This document shows, one piece after another, positions 52,507 through 64,000 of a stretch of DNA of 64,000 bases. A program made the translations under genes and the position numbers. The DNA is taken from positions 20,562 through 84,561 of the forward strand of contig CAVVVC010000009.1 of the NCBI GenBank assembly GCA_963751595.1, written 5' to 3'. Below the pieces are notes generated by a model, which worked only from the letters and a program-made list of their open reading frames with translations, was not told where the DNA came from and did not search any database. Position 1 is the stretch's first letter. Every line of letters begins with the position of its first letter. The DNA comes from an uncultured Gammaproteobacteria bacterium. GTDB taxonomy: Bacteria > Pseudomonadota > Gammaproteobacteria > Pseudomonadales > JAHEGP01.

Positions 52507-52787
52507 TCTTTGTGTCTCTATGTCACTCCCATGGCCATAGTATAGGCAGGATTTTCAGCTTTGGAGCCCCATGAGCCGACCCTTGTTGACAATCTATCCC
52601 GGCCTGGGGGCTTTGGGTCAAGCGCGACGATCGCACCAGCGCGTTGTATGGCGGTAACAAGGTTCGAAAACTGGAATGTGTGCTCGGGCTGCCAACATTT
52701 GGTGGGCGGACCGGAGTGCTGGTGCGAAGCCTGGGTTGGTGGCAGAATCTGGGTTCTGTTCCGTGCTTCCAAAGGAGTGTGTATAAG

Positions 52788-52979
52788 ATGAAAAACGAAG
52801 GCAATGTGGATCGTATTATTCGGGTGATCGTGGGTCTCGGGTTGCTCAGCCTTGTCGTGGTGGGACCCCAGACCCTGTGGGGCCTGGTAGGCCTGGTGCC
52901 ACTGCTGACTGGCATTTTCGGGTTTTGCCCGGCGTATAAACTGCTGGGCTTGAATACCTGTCCTGTCAACAATCGCTAG
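52788..52979 (+). CDS. YgaP/DUF2892 membrane protein
   Basis: NEGNVDRIIR, GFCPAYKLLGLNTC; AGGAG upstream. Confidence 0.88.
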   Translation: MKNEGNVDRIIRVIVGLGLLSLVVVGPQTLWGLVGLVPLLTGIFGFCPAYKLLGLNTCPVNNR

Positions 52980-52982
52980 GAT

Positions 52983-53950
52983 TTGCAGCGGGCTCGTAGC
53001 CCTCGGGGGAGCAGTGGCTTCGCCACGCGGTGTTGCAGCGCGGCTCGTAGCGCCCGGGGCCCAGGGCGCCGAACCGGGATGCCGGCTCTCGCCGACGCTG
53101 CGGTGTTAAATTAAAAAGGCCCACCCTTGGGGTGAGCCTTTTTAATTGGGTACCAGAGGCCGGATTAATCCCACCCGGCCTGCGGGCCGGTTGGTCCCCC
53201 TTCGGGGCTTCGCCACGCGGTGTTGCAGCGTGGCTCGTAGCGCCCTGCGCCCGGGGCCCAGGGCGTCGAACCGGGATGCCGGCTCTCGCCGACGCTGCGG
53301 TGTTAAATTAAAAAGGCCCACCCTTGGGGTGAGCCTTTTTAATTTGGTACCAGAGGCCGGATTAATCCCACCCGGCCTGCGGGCCGGTTGGTCCCCCTTC
53401 GGGGCTTCGCCGCGCGGTGTTGCAGCGCGGCTCGTAGCGGCTTGCGCCCGGGGCCCAGGGCGTCGAACCGGGATGCCGGCTCTCGCCGACGCTGCGGTGT
53501 TAAATTAAAAAGGCCCACCCTTGGGGTGAGCCTTTTTAATTTGGTACCAGAGGCCGGATTAATCCCACCCGGCCCGGGGCCGGTTGGTCCCCCTTCGGGG
53601 CTTCGCCGCGCGGTGTTGCAGCGCGGCTCGTAGCGGCTTGCGCCCGGGGCCCAGGGCGTCGAACCGGGATGCCGGCTCTCGCCGACGCTGCGGTGTTAAA
53701 TTAAAAAGGCCCACCCTTGGGGTGAGCCTTTTTAATTTGGTACCAGAGGCCGGATTAATCCCACCCGGCCCGGGGCCGGTTGGTCCCCCTTCGGGGCTTC
53801 GCCGCGCGGTGTTGCAGCGCGGCTCGTAGCGCCCTGCGCCCGGGGCCCAGGGCGTCGAACCGGGATGCCGGCTCTCGCCGACGCTGCGGTGTTAAATTAA
53901 AAAGGCCCACCCTTAGGGTGAGCCTTTTTAATTTGGTACCAGAGGCCGGA
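52983..53950 (-). repeat. tRNA-linked tandem repeat array, 196/197-bp unit, 4 full copies plus a partial copy
   Basis: (T/G)GGTACCAGAGGCCGGA recurs at 53148, 53345, 53542, 53738 and 53934 (spacings 197, 197, 196, 196). Confidence 0.95.
53894..53933 (-). terminator. Intrinsic terminator of tRNA-Leu, repeated in every array unit
   Basis: Minus strand reads AATTAAAAAGGCTCACCC-TAA-GGGTGGGCCTTTTTAATTT. Confidence 0.85.
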
Positions 53951-54020
53951 CTCGAACCGGCACGCTTTTAAGGGCGGGGGATTTTGAATCCCCTGTGTCT
54001 ACCAATTTCACCACTCTGGC
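53934..54020 (-). tRNA. tRNA-Leu(CAA)
   Basis: GCCAGAGTGGTGAAATTGGTAGACACAGGGGATTCAAAATCCCCCGCCCTTAAAAGCGTGCCGGTTCGAGTCCGGCCTCTGGTACCA: CAA anticodon, long variable arm, encoded CCA. Confidence 0.97.
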
Positions 54021-54063
54021 GGGGCTTGTTGGCTGCGGCGCGGGCCGGCAGCGAAGACGGCGC

Positions 54064-54091
54064 ATTATAGCAATCCGACCCTCGCATGCAA
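54064..54091 (-). promoter_or_regulatory. Sigma70 promoter of tRNA-Leu
   Basis: TTGCAT-16 bp-TATAAT followed by GC-rich discriminator GCGCCG on the minus strand. Confidence 0.75.
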
Positions 54092-54172
54092 CAACAAAGG
54101 GGTGGCCGGATGCTGGATTTGGCTGGCGATTTTCGCTACCCTTGCCGGCCTTTCTCCAACCGGCCTGGCGGC

Positions 54173-56695
<2,523 letters not shown>

Positions 56696-56718
56696 AGCCA
56701 TAGCCGGGAGGCGAAACC

Positions 56719-57252
56719 ATGATTTACCAACTTGAGGACCGCCGGGTAACCTTGCACGGCAGCGGCCACTATATCGCGCCCAACGCCAGTGTCATCGGCT
56801 CGGTCACCCTGGAGGAAAACGTCACAATCTGGTTCAACGTGGTGATTCGAGCAGATTGCGATGCCATTCGTATCGGTGCGGGCACCAATATTCAGGACGG
56901 ATCGGTACTGCACGTGGATCCGGGCTTCCCGGTAACCATCGGTCGCAATGTGACCGTGGGGCACAAGGCGATGATCCATGGTTGCACGATTGGCGATGGC
57001 AGCCTTATCGGTATCAACTCGGTGGTACTCGATGGGGCGAAAATTGGTAAGGGTTGCCTGGTGGGCGCCAACGCCCTGGTGCCGGCCAATATGGAAGTCC
57101 CGGACGGCGCGATGGTGATCGGCAGCCCGGCCAGGGTCAAGCGAATACTGTCGGCTGAGGAGCAGTTACTGTTGCAGCACAATGCCGATCATTACATTGC
57201 CAATGGCAAGACATTTTCCGAGCACCTGCAGGTACAAGACGATGCCAACTGA
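56719..57252 (+). CDS. Gamma carbonic anhydrase family protein
   Basis: Hexapeptide repeats, NIQDGSVLH, GH...HGC. Confidence 0.9.
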   Translation: MIYQLEDRRVTLHGSGHYIAPNASVIGSVTLEENVTIWFNVVIRADCDAIRIGAGTNIQDGSVLHVDPGFPVTIGRNVTVGHKAMIHGCTIGDGSLIGINSVVLDGAKIGKGCLVGANALVPANMEVPDGAMVIGSPARVKRILSAEEQLLLQHNADHYIANGKTFSEHLQVQDDAN

Positions 57253-57436
57253 CAACAGCCAGCCGGTGGCGTCACCGTGTATCGATATCTGCGTGCTGGA
57301 TGAAAATGATATCTGCCAGGGCTGTTATCGCACAGCGAGGGAAATTGGCGAGTGGTCCTGCCTCGACAACCCCGGCAAGCAAGCGGTGATTCAACAGGCT
57401 CAGCGTCGTCGCATTGAATGCGGCGGAATTTTCTAG
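57242..57436 (+). CDS. DUF1289 protein
   Basis: SPCIDIC, CQGCYRT..EI..W. Confidence 0.85.
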   Translation: MPTDNSQPVASPCIDICVLDENDICQGCYRTAREIGEWSCLDNPGKQAVIQQAQRRRIECGGIF

Positions 57437-57627
57437 GTCCATTGCTCCCCTGCCAGTATGCCGCTTCGCTGACCGCTACAGCGTCAGGTGGCCACGTATT
57501 GCAGTGCAAAATGTAAGTGATTGGAGGCCATATTGTGGTACAGTTTCGGCTCCCTGTTCCAGCGTGGGCGGGTGAGGGGTCGCAAAGACCGCTTCTTTTT
57601 TCTCTGATATTTCCCGAGGGGATCAGT

Positions 57628-58215
57628 ATGAAAATCGGTAAGTTATGGATGTACGGTTTGGTCTGCATGATGCTGGCCAATCTTTCGTGGGCGGACACTG
57701 AAAAAGTGGAGGACTACTCCAAAACTGTCAACAATTTCAAACAGATTGAGGCGGTCAATCCGTTTTTTAACACGGCTTATGGCTATGCCGTGTTCCCGAC
57801 TATCGGCAAGGGCGGCCTGGGTATTGGCGGCGCCTACGGTAAAGGCCAGGTTTACCGGGGTGGCAAGGTGACGGGCCATACATCGGTTACCGATATCTCC
57901 TTTGGTTTGCAAGCCGGTGGGCAGGCTTACAGCCAGGTCATCTTCTTCGAAGACAAGAGAGCCTACGACGACTTCACCAGTGGCAACTTCGAATTTGGTG
58001 CGACCGCCGGCGCGGTGGCCGTTACCGCCAGCGCCCAGGCCCAGACGGGTACTGGAGGCGGTGCATCCGCCGGGGCGTCTGCCAGCGCTGGCCAGGGTGG
58101 TAAACAGGCCGACGCCGGTTACAGCAACGGTCTGCTGGTCTTCGTCCTGGGCAAGGGCGGGCTGATGTACGAAGCCACGATCAGCGGGCAGAAGTACAGC
58201 TTCGATCCGATTTAA
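57628..58215 (+). CDS. Ysc84/SYLF lipid-binding domain exported protein
   Basis: Signal peptide, GYAVFP, GGAYGKG, GLQAGGQ, GLMYEATISGQK. Confidence 0.82.
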   Translation: MKIGKLWMYGLVCMMLANLSWADTEKVEDYSKTVNNFKQIEAVNPFFNTAYGYAVFPTIGKGGLGIGGAYGKGQVYRGGKVTGHTSVTDISFGLQAGGQAYSQVIFFEDKRAYDDFTSGNFEFGATAGAVAVTASAQAQTGTGGGASAGASASAGQGGKQADAGYSNGLLVFVLGKGGLMYEATISGQKYSFDPI

Positions 58216-58250
58216 GGGTATTTGCGCAGCCCGTTATCCCCGGTTTCGAT

Positions 58251-58276
58251 GGCCCGCGTCAGTCTGAACGCGGGTC
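58251..58276. terminator. Hairpin between convergent genes, possible terminator
   Basis: GGCCCGCGT...ACGCGGGTC; no clear U-tract. Confidence 0.35.
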
Positions 58277-58341
58277 ACCGCCGGGGCGACCTCCAAACGC
58301 ATTGATCATTAGGGGATACGGTGAGAGTGGTGCGGCTCGGC

Positions 58342-59595
58342 TCAAGGCTGGTAGGCGAGCACCTTTTCTATCCGGTTTTCCCCCAGCTCGGAAATCTCGA
58401 AGCGATAGTCCCCCACCACGACGCCAACCGAATTTTCGGGAATGGCCTCCAGCACCTCCAGTAACAGGCCGTTGAGGGTTCGTGGTCCTTCGGTGGGCAG
58501 CTCCCAGCCCAGCGCCTTGTTGATCTCGCGCACGGTAGCGGCCCCATCGATCAGGTAGGTGCCATCGTCCTGAACCTCGATGTCCTCGACATTATCGGCG
58601 ATGTCCGAGGTGAAGTCGCCGACAATTTCCTCCAGGATATCCTCCAGAGTAATGATGCCCATAACCGCGCCGTATTCGTCGACCACCACGCCGATGCGAT
58701 GCTTGTTTTTCTGGAAATTGTGCAATTGCACATGCAGCGCTGTGAGCTCGGGAATGAAGTAGGGCTCGTGGAGCAGTTGTTCCAGCTGCGCGCGGTCGAA
58801 GGGCCCCTTGCTGAACAATCTTGGGGCATTGCGCAGGTGCAGCATGCCGATAATATTGTTGATGTCGTCACGATACACCGGCAGCCGGGTGTAATTGCTG
58901 GTAAGTATTTTGCGCGCGATCACCTGGTCCGAGTCGTTGAGATCGAGCCCGAAAACCTCGTTGCGTGGTACCATGATGTCGTCGATGGTCACTGTGTCGA
59001 GATCCAGGATATTGATTAGCATGCCCTGGTTCTTGTCCGGTATCCGGTGGCTGGTCGTTCCCATCAGGGTTCGCAGTTCGTCCGCGCTGAGCGCGTCTTC
59101 CCGGGCGTCCTTGGGGTTGATGCCGAAGAGCCGCACCAGTATTCCCGACAGCGTGTTGATCAACCAGACTGCCGGATACAGCACCCACATCAGCGGTTTC
59201 AGTATTACCGTAGCAGGGAATGCGATTCGCTCGGGGCGATAGGCGGCAATCGTCTTGGGCGTCACTTCGGCAAAGATCAGCATCACCAGGGTCAGCAGCA
59301 GGGTTGCCACCGCAACCGCGGCATCGCCGTAGAGGTTGTAGGCGATGATGCCGGCCAGGGCAGCGGCTGCGTTGTTGACGAGGTTGTTGCCGATCAGAAT
59401 CAAGCCCAACAGTTTGTCGGGCCGCTCAAGCATTTCACTGGCCCTTTTGGCGCCGCGATTACCGGTATTCGCCGCATGCCGCAGGCGATAGCGATTGAGC
59501 GCCATCATGGCGGTCTCTGAGCTTGAAAAGAAGGCGGACACGACGATGAGGATGGCCAGCGCGGAAAACAGTATTTCCAGAGGTGTATCGTTCAA
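58342..59595 (-). CDS. CNNM/HlyC-CorC family transporter (DUF21-CBS-CorC)
   Basis: FFSSSETA, GNNLVN, EVTPKT, VVDEYG, EDILEEIVG. Confidence 0.92.
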   Translation of the reverse strand: MNDTPLEILFSALAILIVVSAFFSSSETAMMALNRYRLRHAANTGNRGAKRASEMLERPDKLLGLILIGNNLVNNAAAALAGIIAYNLYGDAAVAVATLLLTLVMLIFAEVTPKTIAAYRPERIAFPATVILKPLMWVLYPAVWLINTLSGILVRLFGINPKDAREDALSADELRTLMGTTSHRIPDKNQGMLINILDLDTVTIDDIMVPRNEVFGLDLNDSDQVIARKILTSNYTRLPVYRDDINNIIGMLHLRNAPRLFSKGPFDRAQLEQLLHEPYFIPELTALHVQLHNFQKNKHRIGVVVDEYGAVMGIITLEDILEEIVGDFTSDIADNVEDIEVQDDGTYLIDGAATVREINKALGWELPTEGPRTLNGLLLEVLEAIPENSVGVVVGDYRFEISELGENRIEKVLAYQP

Positions 59596-59660
59596 GCAGA
59601 GTGTCCTGGCAATTTAAACCGAGCATGTTGCAGTTAAACAGTCCCTGAAGCAACACTTGC

Positions 59661-60464
59661 TCAGCGCTGTAGCACCAGTTCCAGTACGAATTTGCTGCCG
59701 AAATAGGCCAGCATCAGCACGGCAAAGCCTCCCAGGGTCCAGCGAATGGCCGTTGTGCCACGCCAGCCGAGCTGGTGGCGCCCCCATAGCAGCATTGCAA
59801 ATATCATCCAGGCCACCACCGCGAAGAAGGTCTTGTGGGCCAGTGACTGGACAAAAAAATCATCGAGGAAAACCATGCCGCTGACAATCGAAAGCGTCAA
59901 CAGCACCATGCCCACCCAGAGAATTTCAAACAGCAGGGTTTCCATGGTTTGCAGCGGGGGCAACGCGTCGAGTATGCCGCGGATGTGGCGGGCTTTCAGT
60001 TCATGGTTCAGCACACCCAGAGTGACGGCCTGAAACGCTGCGAGTGTCATCACCGCGTAGGCCAATATAGAGAGCAAAATGTGGCTGGCAACCCCCGGGC
60101 CGATGCGGTTGCTGGTTTCGCTGTCCCCTGGCAACGCCAGTGCCCCCAGCAGGGTCAGCCCGGCCAGCCCGTACACCGGAATCAAGAGCTTGTCGATGGG
60201 CGCTCGCAGGCTTCCCAGTAGCGCAATCAATGAGATGAACCAGGCGATGGTGGTGGCGACGGCAAAAAACGAGAGGTTGAGCCCGCCGGGGAGAAACAGC
60301 AGCCGGTAGCAGACCACCGCATGGCAGATTATCGCAACCAGCGCGGCCGCGGTCATGGCAGGGGCCACCGGCTGATAGGACTCGCCGCGCAGGGCGCGCA
60401 GGGCCATGGGGCCAGCGCAAGCGAAATAGAGCAAAGCAGCAGCGAGGGCCAGAAAAGTGGTCAT
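59661..60464 (-). CDS. ypjD: YpjD/CcsA-like cytochrome c assembly membrane protein
   Basis: LPPLQTME, AHKT, GWRG, LAYFGSKFVLE; divergent from ffh. Confidence 0.88.
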   Translation of the reverse strand: MTTFLALAAALLYFACAGPMALRALRGESYQPVAPAMTAAALVAIICHAVVCYRLLFLPGGLNLSFFAVATTIAWFISLIALLGSLRAPIDKLLIPVYGLAGLTLLGALALPGDSETSNRIGPGVASHILLSILAYAVMTLAAFQAVTLGVLNHELKARHIRGILDALPPLQTMETLLFEILWVGMVLLTLSIVSGMVFLDDFFVQSLAHKTFFAVVAWMIFAMLLWGRHQLGWRGTTAIRWTLGGFAVLMLAYFGSKFVLELVLQR

Positions 60465-60715
60465 TGAGTCCGCATCGTGATTCAGGGCAATCCTACGGCT
60501 TAAGTGTGGCATAACAGCGGGGGGCCATGGAAGTCCCGGCATCGTGTTTGTGTCGACAGCGTGGCCGATGGTGGGCAGGATGGTTTATACTGCGCGCCGA
60601 TCCCCGGCGGGGCGCGCAGCAATGCGCGCGCCTTACCGGCAATGCCTTCGTCCCCAGTCAAGTGGCGGCAGGACCGGCGACAGCACGCCGGCAGACGTTT
60701 TATAGAGGTTGCACC

Positions 60716-62107
60716 ATGTTCGACAGTTTACAGGATCGACTTTCCAAATCGCTGAAAACGGTGGCAGGCCAGGCCCGTCTGACCGAGGAAAATGTCCAGG
60801 ATACCCTGCGCCAGGTTCGCATGGCCCTGCTGGAGGCCGACGTTGCCTTGCCCGTGGTCAAGGACTTCGTCGAGAAAGTGCGGGGCAAGGCACTGGGTAT
60901 GGAGGTGTCGGAGAGCCTCAACCCGGGCCAGCAGTTCGTCAAGATCGTTCAGGACGAGCTGCAGGGCATGATGGGAGAGGCCAATGACGCCCTCAACCTC
61001 AGCACCAAGCCCCCGGCGGTGATTCTGATGGCAGGTCTGCAGGGCGCCGGTAAGACCACCAGCGTCGGCAAGCTTGCTCGCTACCTCAAGCAGAACCAGA
61101 AAAAATCCGTTTCCGTGGTGAGTGCCGACGTCTACCGCCCGGCTGCAATCAAACAACTCGAAACCCTGGCCAACGAAGTGGGGGTTCGTTTTTTCCCCTC
61201 CTCGGCGGACCAGAAGCCGGTGGATATCGCCAGGGCCGCGATCGATGACGCGCGCAAGCAATTCATCGATGTCCTGCTGGTCGATACGGCCGGCCGCCTG
61301 ACCATCGACGAAGCAATGATGGCAGAGATTCGGGAACTGCACGGGGCGATCAACCCCATCGAGACCCTGTTCGTGGTCGATGCCATGACCGGCCAGGATG
61401 CGGCCATCACTGCCAAGGCGTTTGACGAGGCCCTCGAACTGACCGGGGTGATCCTCACCAAGGCGGACGCCGACACCCGGGGTGGTGCCGCGCTATCGGT
61501 GCGGGCAATTACCGGCAAGCCCATCAAATTCATGGGCATGGGTGAAAAGACCGATGCTCTGGAGCCCTTCTACCCCGACCGTATTGCCTCGCGCATCCTC
61601 GGCATGGGTGATGTGCTCAGCCTGATCGAGGAAGCCGAGCAAAAGCTCGACCGCAAGAAGGCCGAGAAACTCGCGACCAAGCTCAAAAAGGGTCGGGGCT
61701 TTGACCTCGAGGACTTCCGCGATCAGTTGCAACAGATGAAGAACATGGGTGGCATCTCCAGCATGCTGGAAAAACTGCCGGGCATGGGCAACGTCGCGCA
61801 GATGGCCCAGCAGGCCAATGTCGAGAATACCGTCTTCGCCCAGATGGAAACGATCATCAACTCCATGACCCCGGCCGAGCGGCGCAACCCCGATATCATC
61901 AATGGCTCGCGCAAGCGCCGTATTACCCAGGGCTCCGGCACCCAGGTCCAGGACCTGAACCGGCTGCTGAAGCAGCACCGGCAGATGCAGAAAATGATGA
62001 AGAAGGTGGGTAAAAAGGGTGGCATGGCCCGTATGATGCGGGGCATGGGCGGAATGATGCCCCCCGGGGGTATGCCCGGTGGCATGCCAGGGGGAGGACC
62101 GCGATAA
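60716..62107 (+). CDS. ffh: Signal recognition particle protein
   Basis: ALLEADV, GLQGAGKTT, DTAGR, TKAD, Met-rich M domain. Confidence 0.98.
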   Translation: MFDSLQDRLSKSLKTVAGQARLTEENVQDTLRQVRMALLEADVALPVVKDFVEKVRGKALGMEVSESLNPGQQFVKIVQDELQGMMGEANDALNLSTKPPAVILMAGLQGAGKTTSVGKLARYLKQNQKKSVSVVSADVYRPAAIKQLETLANEVGVRFFPSSADQKPVDIARAAIDDARKQFIDVLLVDTAGRLTIDEAMMAEIRELHGAINPIETLFVVDAMTGQDAAITAKAFDEALELTGVILTKADADTRGGAALSVRAITGKPIKFMGMGEKTDALEPFYPDRIASRILGMGDVLSLIEEAEQKLDRKKAEKLATKLKKGRGFDLEDFRDQLQQMKNMGGISSMLEKLPGMGNVAQMAQQANVENTVFAQMETIINSMTPAERRNPDIINGSRKRRITQGSGTQVQDLNRLLKQHRQMQKMMKKVGKKGGMARMMRGMGGMMPPGGMPGGMPGGGPR

Positions 62108-62157
62108 GCGGCCAGCCCGGGAGGCCGGCGGCTGCGACTGCCGCCGCCAAATAGCAG

Positions 62158-62186
62158 TTTCCAAGCCGGTGTTTTTTCCGTATAAT
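62158..62186 (+). promoter_or_regulatory. Sigma70 promoter of the rpsP operon
   Basis: TTTCCA-17 bp-TATAAT followed by GC-rich CCGCGCC. Confidence 0.65.
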
Positions 62187-62259
62187 CCGCGCCCTTTACG
62201 CGCTGGCTGGGCTGGCGTGGTTTCCATTCGATCGATCAAAACAGGAACAGAGACAAGTC

Positions 62260-62508
62260 ATGGTCACTATTCGTTTATCACGTGGTGGTTCCAAGAAGCG
62301 TCCTTATTATCACATTACCGTGACTGACAGCCGCAAGTCGCGTGACGGACGTTACATCGAGCGCCTGGGCTTCTTTAACCCCGAGGCCCGCGGTCAGGAA
62401 GTTCGCCTGCGAGTGGACAGCGAGCGCGTGCAGCACTGGGTTGGTGTCGGCGCCCAGATGTCCGAGCGTGTCAGTCAATTGGTGAAAGAGGCTGCGAAAG
62501 CAGCCTGA
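62260..62508 (+). CDS. rpsP: 30S ribosomal protein S16
   Basis: [24 protein letters not shown]. Confidence 0.98.
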   Translation: MVTIRLSRGGSKKRPYYHITVTDSRKSRDGRYIERLGFFNPEARGQEVRLRVDSERVQHWVGVGAQMSERVSQLVKEAAKAA

Positions 62509-62521
62509 TAGCGCGTCCGGG

Positions 62522-63061
62522 ATGGTCGACTCGGCACCTGAGCAGGTCATCGTCGGCAAGATCACGGCGGTGTATGGCATCAAAGGTTGGGTGAAAATTC
62601 ACTCTTACACCGAGCCGGATACCAACCTCCTGGAGTTCTGCAACCTGCGCATGCGGCGGGATTCCGACTGGACGCCGGTGACCATCGACCAGGGGCGGCG
62701 CCATGGCAAGGGTCTGGTTGCACACATCGTCGGCTGTGACGATCGCAATGCGGCGGGCCTGCTCGCTCAGCGGGAGCTCGCGGTCAGTGCCGAAGAGCTG
62801 CCAGAACCCGCTGACGATGAGGTCTACTGGCGTGAGCTGGAGGGGATGACGGTGGACAGCGTGAATGGCGGAAACCGGCGGGAGTTGGGCCGCGTCAGTC
62901 ACCTGTTCGCCACTGGCGCCAACGACGTGATGGTCGTGGAACCCTCAGCGGACAGCATCGATGACAGGCAGCGCCTGATCCCCTGGGTCAGCGAGCAGTT
63001 TATCCTCGAAATCGACCGCCCGAACCGACGCATCCTGGTGGATTGGGACCCGGATTTTTAG
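62522..63061 (+). CDS. rimM: Ribosome maturation factor RimM
   Basis: YGIKGWVK, TGANDV, LIP, VDWDPDF. Confidence 0.95.
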   Translation: MVDSAPEQVIVGKITAVYGIKGWVKIHSYTEPDTNLLEFCNLRMRRDSDWTPVTIDQGRRHGKGLVAHIVGCDDRNAAGLLAQRELAVSAEELPEPADDEVYWRELEGMTVDSVNGGNRRELGRVSHLFATGANDVMVVEPSADSIDDRQRLIPWVSEQFILEIDRPNRRILVDWDPDF

Positions 63062-63119
63062 CGGAGCCGGAAGCTTCGGTTAAATCGCCTGTACCACCCG
63101 GCAACGCTGGCGCAGCGCA

Positions 63120-63860
63120 ATGAGCTATGACGTAACCATCGTTACCCTGTTCCCGGAGATGTTCGAGGCGGTCACCGGGTATGGCGTGACCGGGCGGGCC
63201 TGCCGCGCAGGACAACTGGCATTGCGGTTTATCAACCCCCGCGATTTTGCCACCGACAAGCACCGCACGGTGGATGATCGGCCCTACGGCGGCGGCCCGG
63301 GTATGCTGATGAAAGTGGCTCCGCTGCGGGCGGCACTGGCCGCCGCCGGGGAACAGCGCCACGTCGTCTACCTGTCGCCCCAGGGGCGGCCAATGGACCA
63401 GATGGCCGTGCAGCGCCTGCGCCAGACTGCCGGTCTGGTTCTGTTGTGTGGTCGCTACGAGGGCATTGACGAGCGCCTGGTGGCGACCGAGATTGACGAG
63501 GAGTTATCGCTGGGGGATTTTGTCCTCAGCGGTGGTGAGCTGGCGGCGATGGCACTAATCGACGCCATGGCACGGCTGCAGCCCGGGGTATTGGGGCACG
63601 AACTATCGGCGCAGCAGGACTCTTTCAGCGAGGGCCTGCTGGACTGCCCGCATTACACCCGCCCGGCGATACTGGACGGGCGCCGGGTGCCGGCAGTCCT
63701 GCTCAGTGGCGATCACGAGAAGATTCGCCGCTGGCGTTTGAAGCAAAGCCTGGGGCGGACCTGGCAACGGCGTCCGGACTTATGGCAACGGCTCGAGCAC
63801 GATGACGAGCAACAGGCACTGTTAGCGGAGTACCTCCGCGAGCTGGCCGATGAAGGCTAA
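63120..63860 (+). CDS. trmD: tRNA (guanine37-N1)-methyltransferase
   Basis: [36 protein letters not shown]. Confidence 0.97.
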   Translation: MSYDVTIVTLFPEMFEAVTGYGVTGRACRAGQLALRFINPRDFATDKHRTVDDRPYGGGPGMLMKVAPLRAALAAAGEQRHVVYLSPQGRPMDQMAVQRLRQTAGLVLLCGRYEGIDERLVATEIDEELSLGDFVLSGGELAAMALIDAMARLQPGVLGHELSAQQDSFSEGLLDCPHYTRPAILDGRRVPAVLLSGDHEKIRRWRLKQSLGRTWQRRPDLWQRLEHDDEQQALLAEYLRELADEG

Positions 63861-63951
63861 GTGATAGTCTTCCTCTCGGTTCAGTGCTTCTTACAAGCGG
63901 ACGGGGCATGGTGTCCCTACGCAACGATAGACACAGAAACAGGAGCGCAAC

Positions 63952-64000
63952 ATGAGCAACAAGAACCCGGTTATTCAGCAGATTGAAAAGGAGCAGATGG
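63952..64000 (+). CDS. rplS: 50S ribosomal protein L19, start only
   Basis: AGGAG upstream, MSNKNPVIQQIEKEQM; canonical position after trmD. Confidence 0.85.
   Translation, partial: MSNKNPVIQQIEKEQM

Noticed and set aside
52983-53950. CRISPR array
   Set aside because: Units are near-identical over about 197 bp with no unique spacers, and there are no cas genes.
53146-53971. Four repeated + strand ORFs (MVPLRGFA...)
   Set aside because: They are translations of the repeat, run through terminators and end antisense to the tRNA (LVPEAGLEPARF).
62020-62107. GGM(P)GG repeats at the Ffh C-terminus
   Set aside because: Ordinary low-complexity M-domain tail.

Overview
GC-rich gammaproteobacterial chromosome segment, Cellvibrionales/Halieaceae-like by gene content (taxonomy inferred). 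(1) Bases 1-20.3 kb are an ABC-transporter-dependent surface glycan locus. It contains a multiply frameshifted lipoprotein sulfatase, a methyltransferase, GT2/GT4 enzymes, rmlACDB (rmlD frameshifted), a stand-alone sulfotransferase-like protein and wzm/wzt. Its core is a 1220-aa fusion (sulfotransferase-like / duplicated coiled coil / KpsS-like / GT2) followed by an HMGL-type aldolase, a HAD phosphatase and a KdsB-like cytidylyltransferase. This looks like a self-contained system to make, polymerise, measure, cap and export a ulosonic-acid glycan. (2) Bases 20.3-51.2 kb are mostly housekeeping: leuA, rimI, rsxABCDGE, metG, apbC, dcd, WS/DGAT, purMN, hda, arsC-wrbA, sppA, glpE, plus a 92-bp palindromic element. 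(3) Bases 51.2-54.0 kb hold small accessory genes and about 4.7 tandem 196/197-bp repeats downstream of tRNA-Leu(CAA). Each unit carries the tRNA's 3' 17 nt plus a terminator, and between-copy differences preserve base pairing on the tRNA strand. (4) Bases 54.1-64 kb: queA, tgt, small genes, a CNNM/CorC gene, ypjD, ffh, rpsP-rimM-trmD-rplS. All calls come from reading sequence and motifs; no database searches were run.
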